Origin: Squalus acanthias | Taxonomy: Eukaryota | Assembly (NCBI GenBank): GCA_030390025.1 | Contig: CM059432.1 | Location: 137,146,001-137,210,000 of the forward strand | DNA length: 64,000 nt | Direction: 5' to 3' | In this document: piece by piece, positions 24,660-37,096 of the stretch | Numbering within the stretch: position 1 is the stretch's first letter | How the letters are laid out: each line of letters opens with the position of its first letter | Notes under the pieces: generated by a model | The model's input: only the letters and a program-made list of their open reading frames with translations | What the model was told of the DNA's origin: nothing | Databases searched by the model: none | Program-made: the position numbers and the translations under genes

Positions 24660-26728
24660 TAGGCTAACACTTCAGTGCCAGTACTGAGGGAGTGCTGCTC
24701 TGTTGGAGGTGCTGTCTTTCGGATGAGATGTTAAACCGAGGCCACATCTGCCTGTGAAAGAATAGCCAGGATTCAGAAAAATACACGATACTAAAAACAG
24801 ATTTCTGAAATTATTAATAAATGACATACTGGGTTTAAAAGACATAAGCCTTAGCAGACACAGGCTGCAAACAGAATACAGGCTTATGAGATAAGATGGT
24901 TTGTTAACACAAAGCTGTGAACACAAGCTTTGATATGGGAATGGGATATTGACAAAGACAATGCCCTACTGAAGCAAACCATTGGGAGGTTCCTCTATGT
25001 CTAGAGTTTGGGAGAAAAACAATGGAATGACCCAAGTAAAGTGTTACAATCTAACACGTCGAACAGGTGCACAGAACATTAAAAAAACCAAGTGCCTTTG
25101 AAAAAATGACATCAAGTAAGAAATACCTGTCGTAAAATAGTTTTATGTTAAACTTAGAAACAGGAAACATGATTAAATATGCAACCAATTGAGATAGCTA
25201 GAAAACAAGTAAACACTGAGTTAAAGTGTTTTCAATTTACATATTGTAAAAATGATACCTACAGAAGGCTTTGAAGAAATGACATCAAGTAAAAGAAACG
25301 CCTGCTGAACAAATAGTTTTAATGTTAAGCTTGAAATATGGAGTCCCGAGGTCTGATAAAAACCAATTGAAGTAAATAAGAAATGTATGGAACACCCTAG
25401 ATAAAGTATTTACAAGTTGTAAAAGGTACACAAACAAGACAACTTTGAAAATATTACTTCAATGGATACACCAAGCAATTACATTGTTCTTGTATTGAAC
25501 TTGGAATACCACGGAGTCACAACGTCTGATAATAACCAGTTAAAGTAGTATTAGAAATTCAATAGAAAGACTTCGATAAGAATTGCATCAAACAGAAACC
25601 ATTGCTGTCATTGTGTTTATGATGGTTTTTGAAACATCTAAGGTAGAGACATAATTATGCATGCAATGGCTAAATTGACAGTAAAGACAGAAAGCATTCA
25701 ACAGAGATATCAATGAAGAATAGAACAAAGTCAGCAAAGAATGACTTGATACAATTAAGCTTACATCATCAGGAAAACTTCAAAGGATAAACCACCCAAA
25801 AAAGATATAAACATAGACCTTTTCAAACAGAAAGTCAGAAGTCGCTGGGAAGACAAGCGTTTCTCAACTTTACAGACATTCTCTGTAAGTTTACAACTTT
25901 TGAGTCTCAGGTAATCAAGGTATTTGATTTTGGTGGATATTCTGGATTAAGAAATAAGTAGAAGTGTGGAAATGTAACGAAGTTAAGATTTGAGAATAAA
26001 GATCTGAGAATAAGATAATGTAAGCTATTTGTATTTTGAATGATTAAAGTTGCAATTGCCATAATAAATGTTAACTAAATGTCGGTTCTGTAATAAATCT
26101 ATATATTTTTAGAATAGTCTCAAAGAGTATTTCTGTATCAGCTTGCGAACTCAAATTCTGTACACTCAAAGGAGTTGCAGAATTCTGGGGGGTATTCCGG
26201 ACCCTTATAATATCCAGAAGGTTACAGTCTAGTTAAACTTATTAAAAGTACTATCTGGAGGATGGTAACATCTTTAGACTGTTTCTTTCCTTTAGGGAGA
26301 GGTAGTCTGACCTTTAGACCCAATTAAGCGTCTTATAGGATCCGGCTACCGCAAACTTTAGTTGAAGGTAAACGTCTGGGGAATACGTCTGATCTGGGGT
26401 AGTCCGAAAGGGCTAGGACTTGTAATTATCCCTTCATGCCCTCTCAGGTCAACGTAAAAGGTTCCACGGCACTATTCGAAGAAGAGCAGGGGAGTTATCC
26501 CTGGTGTCCTGGCCAATATTTATCCCTCAACCAACATCACTAAAACAAATTATCTGATCATTACCACATTGCTGTTTGTGGGAGCTTGCTGTGTGCCAAT
26601 TGGCTGCCGCATTTCCTGAATTACAACAGTGACTACACTTCAAAAAGTACTCAATTGGCTGTAAAGCGCTTTGGGAAGTCCTGAGGTCGTGAAAGGCGCT
26701 GTAGAAATGTAAGTTCTATCTTTCTTTC
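24660..26728 (+). mobile_element. Deu-domain SINE split by a solo LTR
   Basis: SINE 24660-24752 continues seamlessly at 26437 (tgccctctcaggtc). Confidence 0.8.
24753..26436 (+). mobile_element. Large (1684 bp) solo LTR of an ERV/LTR element
   Basis: TG...CA termini (tgtgaa...ttca), 4-bp TSD tgcc, TATA-like gatataaa about 25804, AATAAA about 26063/26092, no long ORF. Confidence 0.75.
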
Positions 26729-27459
26729 ACCTGCTTCATTCCTGTAATATTAGTTTAATGGCACTAAAATAAAAACAATTTAAAATTAAAATGAACACAT
26801 TTATGATACCTTCTTCTGTTTGCCAAAATTGATGGCTGTTTAGCAGAAAACCAACTCCCGAGCCAATTGTGGCCCAGAAACAGAAAGATTGACAAGGTCA
26901 TGCCGTGCACAGGACCAGGTCAGCTCTTGATTGACTTTTGAAACCTTAAACAAGGAAGATCTGCTCCTCGATAGATTAATCTCAGTTGCCAATCAGGCCC
27001 CTAAATGAAGCGAGTCCTCAACAGTGCTCCGAGGAATAAGTTTAATTCAAGACTTGTGAAGAGTGACTGATAGTTCACCCTGGCCAATGTAAAGTGAAGT
27101 AAATGAACTTCCTTGGGTATGGCTTAGAAGAACAAAATAAGATCACGTTGTCTGTCTCCAAAGGTGACAGGACATTCCTGCAATCTCTGACACCCCCGCA
27201 GATTTCTCAGCTGGATGTAGGCATGAAATTAACCGCAAGTGTCAGTGACCTTACAGATTACTCACACTTATTAATAGGACTGTCTATTGCTTACAGCTCC
27301 ACAGTGAGCTACAGATTACATCATCCGAAAATATATTTTTTTAAAACAGAACTGCTCATTTTAGCTTTAAGTTCATTTAATTTCTCTCTTTTTTTTAAAC
27401 AAAAGGAGCTAAAATAATTCATTCGTTTGCATAAACTGCAAATAATATCACAAAATTAA

Positions 27460-27830
27460 AGGGAAGATTTAATAGAAGCGTTCAAAATTATATGGGGTTT
27501 TGATAGAGTAGATAGGGAGAAACCATTTCCACTGGCAGGAGGGTCGGTAACCAGAGGACACAGATTTAAGAAAATTGCCAAAAGAACCAGAGGGGAGATG
27601 TGGAAAAAATTGTTTTGCAGCGATTTGTTATGATCTGGAATGTGCTGCCTGAAAGGGTGGTGGCAGCAAATTCAATAGTAACTTTCAAAAGAGAACTGGC
27701 GATATACTTAGAAAGGAAAAATTTGCAGGGCTATGGGGAAAGAGCAGGGGGGAGTGGGGCTAATTGGAGAGCTCGTTCAAAGAGCCGGCACAGGCACGAT
27801 GGGCCGAATGGCCTCTTTCTGTGCTGCACG
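27460..27830 (+). mobile_element. CR1 3' fragment (similar tails at 2130-2336, 22720-22920, 36175-36265, 40800-41110, 41729-41982)
   Basis: IWNVLPERVV...FKREL...QGYGERAG and conserved 3' UTR. Confidence 0.75.
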
Positions 27831-29099
27831 ATTAATTCGGAAATTAAAGTGCCATTAAACGAAAATGATATTGTGAAAAAATATAGAAATGCCTCGATAA
27901 AGTACTTACTCGCTTTAAATAGCCCAGCGTCTCTGGGGGCTTTGAATGATTTCTGATTGCAAAGAATAATCTTCAAATGAGTGACTGCAGGCAGCCCAGT
28001 ATTTAGTGTGAACAGGTGTGCTGTACTAATGTCGTAACCAGGTCCATTCAGACAGCAATGGAACTTGGCAGGTTTTCTTTTTCACATGCCGTTTGGGAAT
28101 TACTGTGCAGCTTGTAAATCCGTACTGTTCTGTTGTTTGTTACCTGAAGCGCACAGTAAAAAAAAAATATAACCTAGGTCCGGCTCACAAAAGGAAACTG
28201 CTGCGCCTAAACAGCATGTAGAAGTCGAAAGGTCGTCAGGTTCTATTGTTCCCTGTGGACACACTCCCTAATGAGGTCTAGCGAGAACAGTGGAGTGCGT
28301 CAGACCGTACTGAACGCCAGTCTCAGGGCAAGGTTATTCTTTGCAGGCAAAAGTTGCTTCAATAATCGAAGCCGGCAAAGGCACGAATGGGTAGGCGTTT
28401 GGCCTTGAAAGGACTCCGCTTGCAGTCGCATACTCTTTTCGAATAACAAGTTAGTCTAAACCATTGTTACCTGTTCCTCTCGTAAATTAGTGCCTTTATT
28501 AGTTTGCTGTTTAGGATAGGATTCTCAGTCATTTTTTTCTATAATTTAGTTCCTTCATCCTTCTGGCAAATTCATACGGCAACACCTCAGCTGCTGTCAG
28601 TGCGGTCTGGCCTAGCTGGCTTTCTGCACATAAAGGTAAAAAAGGGGGAAGGGGAAGGAAAGCAAGGGAACAGATGGCAATCCCACCATTTCCTTTTTTA
28701 CAAGCTTTATTGTATGAAAGTAATACAGCAATTCCCTTTGCTTGTTCACCTGGCCAAGAGCTGCAGCTAAAAGGGCAGACACAGCGCCCACTCCTCAACC
28801 AATTCACCTTATAACTTGGCTGATGTGAGGTTCCAGAGTGGGGGCGATTTTAACCCTACTCGCTCGGCAGAAACCTGGCAAGTGGCTGGGCAGTTAAAAT
28901 CGCCCTGGCTCTTACCTGTCCGAAAGCCGCCATGATCGCAGCATCTGCAATTTTAACCTGCTCTCCTGAGCAGGCAGCAAGGACAGGCGCCCGGAGCCAA
29001 AAGGGTCCTTCTTTACATATGCACGTCGTAGCCCGATGACATCACTGTAATTTTAGATCAAGACTGAGCGGGGAATCCACCTGGAGTTAAAAATCGGGG

Positions 29100-29550
29100 C
29101 CTAAGAGGAGGAGGCAATTCAGCCCCTCAAGCCTGTTCCACCTTTCAATTAGATCATGGCTGACCTGTATCTTAACTCCATTTAGCCACCTGGGCTCCAT
29201 GACCCTTAATACCCTTGTCTAGCAAAAATCTATCAATCTCAGTTCTGAAATTTTCAGTTGACCCCCAGCCTCAACAGCTTTTTGGGGGAGAGAGTTCCAG
29301 ATCTCCACCACCCTTTGTGTGAAGAAATGCTTCCTGACATCACCCCTGAACGGCCGAGCTCTAATGATGTCATGGGGCCGCAACATGCATATGTAAAGAG
29401 GACCCTGTTGGCTCCGGGCGTGTGTCCTTGCTGCCTGATCAGGAGAGCAGGATAAAATTGCTTGCTCTGGACTCCCCCACCAGAGGGAATAGGGTGGATA
29501 AGAGAGAAACTATCAACTCCTTTAATTATCTTAAACACCTCAATTATATC
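29100..29550 (-). mobile_element. CR1 3' fragment
   Basis: IEVFKIIKGVD; reverse-complement CR1 3' UTR. Confidence 0.7.
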
Positions 29551-29631
29551 TGGATGCGACTCTAGTTCCATTTTCTTTCTCCTTGCTGGGAGAAGAAGTC
29601 AATAGTGAACTTAAAAAGTTAAAAAAAATAA

Positions 29632-30330
29632 GGGGGAAAAATTGAGTCTCGCCCCCTTTGGGGCGTTAACTTCGCCGGGGCGCTACTTTTAGCGCCCCGG
29701 AAAAAATAGCGCCCCCTGCGGCCGAAATTAAGTGGTAGCGCCCCAAGAGGGAAGCCGGTTGCCACTGGAAGCGCCCCGCCTCCATCTTGGGCGCTGCGAG
29801 GGAAGATCGCGGTGCTACGTGCCGCAGCACGCACGTCGCGCCATGGTATTGCAGGCCTTCCTACCCTTCTTAAAGGGGAGGGGCCTTGCGCAGCGCGACC
29901 CGGGGCCCAGCAGAGCAGCCGGCACTCTGCGGGGTGGGGGGGCGGGTCAGGAGGCCGGGAACGGCAGCGGAGGCAGGTGCTGGCAGGTGGCCAGCAACAA
30001 AAATGGCCGCCCGGCACCTCATCTTTAAATAGCGCCGCCCCGGCCGCAGGTGGGCCCCCGTGACCCCGTCGGACATAACGTCCGGCGGTAAGACAAGGGG
30101 CGCTACCGAAGATCACGGCCGGGGCGCGAGCGGGGCGCTGCGCACAGCGATGACGTCATCGCTGGTGGCGCAGCGCCGCAGGGCGCTAACAGTTACCGCC
30201 GCCGCTAACCTCCCGCTGAATTTCGCGGGAGGCGCTGGCGGCGACACGCCCGGGCACTGGATGCTTTGCGCCCCGTTAGCGCCCTCTTAAGGCACTAACA
30301 GGAGGCGCAAAGCAACCCAATTTCTCCCCC
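29632..30330 (-). mobile_element. Harbinger MITE (family 1)
   Basis: TIRs gggggaaaaattg/caatttctccccc; flanks TAA/TTA; ends homologous to 30536-34778 in opposite orientation. Confidence 0.85.
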
Positions 30331-31048
30331 TTAATACTATTACAGAACAAAAGGAGAAAAAGACCTTCGACTAACATGGACAAATTTACTTGCCTGGGTG
30401 TCACCAGTGAGCTTAAAGTGCTTAAGCTTAAGCTTTCTTCTTAGTTCTGAAGTAAATCTTAAGTTGAGATAGTGACATTTAAGATGCAATTAAGATAACC
30501 TTCCAAACCTGAACTTTCAATTAATTAAACAACTGGGGGGAAAAATTCAGTTGGTTGCGCCTCCCGTTAGCGCCTTAAGAGGGCGCTAATGGGGCGCAAA
30601 GCAGCTAGCGCCCGGGCGCAGCGATGTTTGCGCCGCTCGTGAACTTAACTAGACATTTTGCGGCGGCGCTAAACTTTATCGCCGCGATCTCCTGCGCGCG
30701 CAGATTGTGACGTCATACGAGAGTGCAACGCCCTTGTGGCGCCCCGGAGCAGAATTTCAGTGGCGCCCCCATCCTTACCGCCTGGCGCATCCAACGACCG
30801 GAAGAGTGGAACGCTAACAATCGCTGTGGGGCTGGGGGGGGGGGCTATTTAAAGGGGGCCTCTTCCTGTCTTTCTCTGTGGTTGACATTTTTGCACCACT
30901 CGTTCTGAGAGAGAGAGAGAGAGATTCGGAGAGAGAGAAAGAGAGACTTCTGCATTGAGTCAACGCTGTGTGAGGTAGTTTTGGCTACTCATCCTAACTT
31001 CGCTGGTACTTTGGTTTCTGGCCTTCATAACTTTGCTTGCTAAGAGAT

Positions 31049-32079
31049 ATGGGGGCTGCACTGATGGGGGGCGTCGTCCTGCGCCAGCTGAATCGGAGGA
31101 GACAGAGATGCAGAGAGAGAGTGGCAATGATGGCCAGACGGAGGAGGGCCAACAGGCGTCTGTACAGGAGAGCTTACCCTCCCAGGGTATATCGTGAACA
31201 GCTCTCCTACATTCATATGTCTGATGAGCAGTGTCTGCGAAGGCTGCGCTTCAGCAAGGAGGTGGTCACTGAGCTCTGCCACCTGCTGCAGCCAGATCTG
31301 CAGCCTCAACTGAGGTCCAGGACGTCTCTGTCGGTGGCAGTGAAGGTCACAGTGGCTCTGAACTTTTATGCTACTGGCTCATTTCAATCTGCTGTTGGGG
31401 ACATCGCCAATATCTCCCAGTTCGCGGTGCATTGCTGCATCAGGAAGGTCACAAATGCCCTCTTTAAAAGGAGACGAGAGTTCATCTCTTTCCCCATGAC
31501 CCCAGACAAGCAGCAAGAATGCGCTCTGGGCTTTGCGAGGATAGCGGGCTTCCCCATGGTGCAGGGCGCCATTGACTGCATGCATGTGGCTTTGCGTGCT
31601 CCGCATGAGAATGCCGAAGATTTCCGGAACAGAAAGGGGTTCCATTCCTTGAATGTTCAGTTGGTCTGTGACCACAGACAGCTGATACTCGCTGTCAATG
31701 CCCACTATACTGGCAGCTGCCACGATGCTTTCATCCTGCGCCAGACTACTGTGGCAGAACTTTTCGAGGCACCGCATCAGCCAGTTGGTTGGCTTCTCGG
31801 GGACAAGGGGTATCCACTGAGCACCTGGCTGATGACACCGCTCCGTATGCCCAACACCCCTGCTGAGCTGCGGTACAACGAGAGCCATCAAGCTACCAGG
31901 AACATCGTGGAGCACACAATCGGCGTGCTCAAGCAACGGTTCCACTGTCTCGACCATTCTGGAGGAGCCCTGCAGTACTCGCCTGAGCGAGTTTCCAACA
32001 TCGTAGTTGTGTGCTGCATGCTGCATAACATGGCAATCCTCAGGACCCAGCCAATGCCACCAGGCCTTGGAGCACCACC

Positions 32080-32110
<31 letters not shown>

Positions 32111-32209
32111 GAGGAGGATGATCAGCAGCAGCACCAAGGCGTGAGGGCGGCCCACAATGGTGAAATTGCAAGGGCCGTCCGTCAGCGGCTGATAGCAAGC
32201 CGCTTCTAG
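31049..32209 (+). CDS. Harbinger DDE transposase (HARBI1-like nuclease family), open ORF of 386 aa from ATG
   Basis: GAIDCMH, NRKGFHSLNVQLVCD, HDAFI, LLGDKGY, RNIVEHTIGVLKQRF, CCMLHN motifs; acidic C-terminus. Confidence 0.93.
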
Positions 32210-32520
32210 GCCCCTGCTGTGGAAATGGCTTCTGCCATTGAGAACAGCATGAATGAACCCAACACGCAACCCCTAAGCCGGCCAAGGCACCAATGATTCC
32301 AAACACCAAACATGTATATTTTGAGTACCAAAACTTATTTATTTTACAAACTCTGTGTGTGTCATTTCTTCATGACAAACTCATACAAATAAACACAAAA
32401 AAACAGTCATTACCATAACTGGTTCTCACAACCTGGAGATCATGTGCAAAACACTCAACAAAAGTTTGACCACGAACCTCGGCCTTTAATAAAAAAATGA
32501 CCAGCATTTTGTCACACCTC

Positions 32521-34418
32521 CTACATCGAGGGTGAACTCCTTCCCGTGCGCCCTTCCCCCCTTCTTGCCCTACTGCTCCTCCGCAATGGGACCTCAGTGG
32601 CTGCAGCAAGGCTGGTGGAAGGCTGCTGACTGTCAGGCCCTGACAATGCAGATGCCCTTGAGGGACGGCCTCGACCAGTTCTGGGCCTGGAGGGCCCGGC
32701 TGCAGACTGCACCAACTCTGCATGGGCGGCAGCAGTCTGTCCTACAGGCGGTGGCAACTGCAGTGGAGAAGTGACAGTGGTGGCAGCAGGAATGCTGTCA
32801 TCTTGAGCGAGGACAGCAACTCCCTGCTCGACCGGCACACTGGCACTCCCACGGGGCAGCACCTCAGCATCCGGAGCAATCTGCTGGAGCACAGATTGCT
32901 GGCCTGCTGCGGCGCGGTGAGAGCCCCGGGGAAATGTGAACGAACCAGCGAGGATGGCAGCAGACAGTGCTCGCGTGACCTCAATCTGAGTCTGCATGAG
33001 AGCAGTCTGAGATTGAATTGCAGCACTGAGCTTCAGTGTCGCATCCGCCTGCGCTGCAGCGAAGTGCTCCACACTCCTTGCCAGTGCTTCAATGCATTCG
33101 GGCACCCTACCCACTGCAGCCATGAGCTCAGTGTGCATGCCCACCGCCTGGGTGTTCATTTCCGCGATCAGCCGCTCCTCCTCTGCGTCCAGTGCAGCAG
33201 GACTCGCTGGCATACTCTCCCTCCGGGGAGAAGGCCCCCGAGCTTCCCTACCCCCATCGCGTTGCTGCAGCCCGCTGGGTCCTGGAGCTTCACCCTCATC
33301 AGACCCTTCCCCCCTGCTCCCCTCCAGGGAAGGCGTGTTCCCAGTGTCGGCATGGGCTTCCTCGGGAGAGGGTGGCACTGATGCTCCGGCTTCCTCTTCC
33401 TCCTCGGCTGCAGCTTCACTCCCACTGGCAGCTTCAGGGCCCGTCTCCTCAGCTGGTGAATCACCATCTGAAAGCAGGGAGGTACAAGAGTGGCTTTAGC
33501 GTGAGGACAGGGTGGCAGTAAGGGAGGAATAAGTGCAGCGAGTTAGTAAGTTGGATTGAAAGTGTCAAAGGCTGGTGTTGTGAGGGACAAGTGGAAGGAC
33601 AGAGGACAAAAAGGTGATGACCTTACCATTGCTGTCCAGAACGGGGTCGGCGTCTCCAGTGGCGACGGGACCGATCACCCGGCTTGCCACAATCCTGTGG
33701 ACGCGCTCCTCAAGATCGCTGAGGGGTTGCAGCTGAGGCCGCCCTCCACCCGTCCATTGCTGCTGTCAACTATTATGCGCCAGCTTGGCCTGCAAGAAAA
33801 AGGACGGCGTCTGAGTAAATATACAGCCATGGTCTTGCCTGATGTGCCTCCCATAGGTGAATAGCCCTTACTGTATACAGCCATGGTCTTGCCTGATGTG
33901 CCTCCCATAGGTGAATAGCCCTTACTGTATACAGCCATGGTCTTGCCTGATGTGCCTCCCATAGGTGAATAGCCCTTACTGTATACAGCCATGGTCTTGC
34001 CTGATGTGCCTCCCATAGGTGAATAGCCCTTACTGTATGCAAAGTATGGAATGTGTGTGTGTGCTTCATGAAAGGACCATAGGTGTTGGATGAGTGCTGT
34101 TAATTGTGGTTTTAAGACCCTCTGGCCATAGAGTGAGGTTGAGATGGAGGGATGGAGAGGTATTGCAAAAAAGCCACTCACCCTGATGACCCGAGTGAGG
34201 TCGTTGAACTTTTTCCGGCATTGGACATGGGTCCTGGGCACCATGCTCCTGGAGGAGACGCGCTGAGCCACCTCCCTCCACACTCTTCTGTAGTCGTGCG
34301 GCAAAGGCCTCCTGCCACTCTCTGGGTACAGTATTGGTCTTCGGTGCTCCACCGCGCCAACCAGAGCATCCAAGGCCCGCTCGGTGAAGCGCTCAGCTCG
34401 TTCTCTCACCCTCTCCAT
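32521..34418 (-). pseudogene. Harbinger Myb/SANT-like partner gene; exons 34418-34182, 33789-33627, 33467-32521 (448 codons), one in-frame TGA at 33768-33766
   Basis: RFTERALDALV...VWREVA...RTHVQCRKKFNDL trihelix motif; GT-AG sites keep frame across all three exons. Confidence 0.85.
33820..34035. repeat. Minisatellite, 4 identical 54-bp units in Myb intron 1
   Basis: tatacagccatggtcttgcctgatgtgcctcccataggtgaatagcccttactg x4. Confidence 0.95.
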
Positions 34419-35232
34419 CCTTGGCTGGAAAATGGATTCACAGGTCTCTCCAGGCCGAGATTCAAGGCTGCAATGAGCAGGGTGTGGCTGGGGAGCAAGA
34501 TCACCCCCCCCCGCTTTAAGAACTGGCCGGCGCCAGTGTGTCTGTGTTCCCTCGCTAACTGGCAGCACCTGCGCTGCGCTCGCGCTCTGAGTTAGCGCCT
34601 CACTCCTCGGCCTTTGCGTCTTAAGACAGGTGTGCAGCGCCTGATTTAGCGCTCCAATCACCTCCCGGGGCGTTAAAAGTGAAGTTTCCAGTCAGTGGCG
34701 ATAATTAGCGCCAGGCGCTAATTTTTGCGCCTGGACAATATTTGCGCCCCAAACGGGGCGCGACTGAATTTTTCCCCCCTGGCCTTTAAGTAGAGTCTTC
34801 CGCCGATGAAAACCCCATACTTTAAACTTACTGACACTTCCAAAATGGGTGGTAGGGAGGCAAAAGAATGAAGAAAGCAGTAAGTAAAGATTTTTAGAGC
34901 ATTTTCCTGAGGTGGGGAAGGCTAGAAGCGATCTGATAGGTTAGATTACGTGGAACGCAAGTCTAATAAATATTTAAAAAATAAGACTAATAGGAATGAG
35001 GTTGAAATCCTGAGGAACAATAGGGATGTCAGGGTTAAAAGGATGAATTTATTTTTATTATAACTGTGTTTTTAGTAGTTCAGGATTATGATTCCAACAA
35101 GAAAGCTGCTCTTCATGTTGAAATAACTCTATTACGGCAATATCAATATTATTTTTCAGGTCACAGTTTGTAAATTGAAAACAGACAAACTGGTTGGCAA
35201 CGGTAATATCTATGGGCACGATGGCAGTCTAA

Positions 35233-35988
35233 GGGCATGATCTTGCCAGCCCTTGGGGAGGTGGGTATGGAGGCGGAACTGCCGGGTATATGGCAGAATT
35301 TGGAGGGGGGGTGCCCAACCCGCCTCCATGCCATCTTCCCAGGAGGTGGGTAGCCGTCCCGCGCCAGGTCCCGTCACCTTGGAGGCGGGAAGGGATTAAA
35401 GCCTATTAACTGCCCTCACAAGTGTGGGCTTCCCAAAGGCTCCGAAACCCGCCAGGTCAGCGGGGCGAGTAGAGGGTCTCCGGGGGTCGGGGGGTGGGGT
35501 GCAAAAGTGTGCTGTGGAGGTAAGTGATGGGTGCAAGTGTGGACAGGTGAGTATCTGAGGTAAGTGCAAAGTGTTAGAAAAAGTGTACTTCTTCCTGCAG
35601 GCTTCAGTCGGTGGGTATGCGGAGAGTCTCACACCTCCGCGTTGCAGATGATAGATGGCCGTTGCATTCACAGATGCAACAACCATCTCATTTCTGCAAA
35701 AGAAAGCTGTTTGATGAGGTCTTGAATTCAAGACCTCATCAAACAACAGAGAATGTCAGCGTTTGACAGCTTCACAGAGCTGTCAAACGATGACAATTCA
35801 TCTGTCATACGTTGACGTTCTCTGCAACCGGCTTTCCCTTGATTGGCCTGCTAAACCCGCTGGGCGGGCTTAACAAGGTCAATCAAGGGAAAATAGCGTG
35901 GGTTGGCCAGAAGTTGTTGGAGGCGGGATTGAAACCCAACAAGTGGGAGTCCCGCCTCCAAAAGCTCCCCATTGGCAAAATCACCCCC
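35233..35988. mobile_element. Harbinger MITE (family 2), full length
   Basis: TIRs gggcatgatcttgcc/ggcaaaatcaccccc; TSD TAA. Confidence 0.85.
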
Positions 35989-36280
35989 TAAGAGTTAAAA
36001 GTCGTCAAAATTACGTGGAATTACTTTAGCAGATTTTTGTGATACGGAAATGACACAGATGCAGCATAATACACCACACAGCATCTCCTTGGATATGTGC
36101 GCATTAGTCCTAGTCTGCTATTTCTCTTGTGGGATTTCTTGCAGCATTTGGATCGGAAGAAAACATTTGTCAGAGAATCATAGAATAGTACAGCACAGAA
36201 GGGGCCCATTCCTCCCATCGCGTCTGCGCCGGCTCTTTCGAAGAGCAGTCCAGTTAGTCCCACTCATCCAGTGGATGTAG

Positions 36281-37096
36281 AAACATAGAAAAATAGGAGC
36301 AGGAGTAGGCCATTCGGCCCTTCGAGCCTGCTCCGCCATTCAATATGATCATGGCTGATCCTCTATCTCAATACCATATTCCCGCTCTCTCCCCATACCC
36401 CTTGATGCCTTTTGTGTCTAGAAATCTATCTATCTCCTTCTTAAATATGTTCAGTGACTTGGCCTCCACAGCCTTCTGTGTTAGAGAATTCCACAGGTTC
36501 ACCACCCTCTGAGTGAAGGAATTTCTCCTCATCTCAGTCCTAAATGTCCTACCCTGTATCCTGAGACTGTGACCCCTCGTTCTAGACCCCCCCCCCCCAG
36601 CCAGGGGAAACATCCTCCCTGCATCCAGTCTAACTAGCCCTGTCAGAATTTTATACGTTTCAATGAGATCCCCTCTCATTCTTCTAAACTCTAGTGAATA
36701 CAGGCCTAGTCGACCCAATCTCTCCTCATAAGACAGTCCTGCCATCCCAGGAATCAGTCTGGTGAACCTTCGCTGCACTCCCTCTATGGCAAGTATATCC
36801 TTTCTTAGGTAAGGAGACCAAAACTGCACACGGTACTCCAGGTGTGGTCTCACCAAGGCCCTGTATAACTGTACTCAAATCCTCTTGCAATGAAGGCCAA
36901 CATACCATTTGCCTTCCTAACTGCTTGCTGCACCTGCATGTTTGCTTTCAGTGACTGGTACACAAGGACACCCAGGTCCCTCTGTACATCCACATTTCCC
37001 AATCTATCACCATTTAAATAATACTCTACCTTTCTGTTTTTCCTACCGAAGTGGATAACTTCACATTTATCCACGTTATACTGCATCTGCCATGTA
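36281..37096 (-). mobile_element. CR1 LINE 3' fragment
   Basis: ORFs 36368-36856 and 36850-37128 with CR1 RT C-terminal motifs. Confidence 0.9.

Larger units (their letters stand above)
30536..34778. mobile_element. Full-length PIF/Harbinger DNA transposon (family 1)
   Basis: Perfect 16-bp TIR gggggaaaaattcagt/actgaatttttccccc; 3-bp TSD CTG; convergent transposase and Myb-like genes. Confidence 0.95.

Noticed and set aside
29619..30290. Several GC-rich ORFs / CpG island
   Set aside because: Fall within a MITE; stop-poor by composition
31049..32209. Domesticated host HARBI1 gene
   Set aside because: Lies between perfect TIRs with a TSD, is intronless and has MITE derivatives, so it is a transposon copy
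31379..32269. 296-aa minus-strand ORF
   Set aside because: Antisense shadow of the GC-rich transposase ORF
33820..34035. CRISPR-like array
   Set aside because: Head-to-tail identical units without spacers; eukaryotic context
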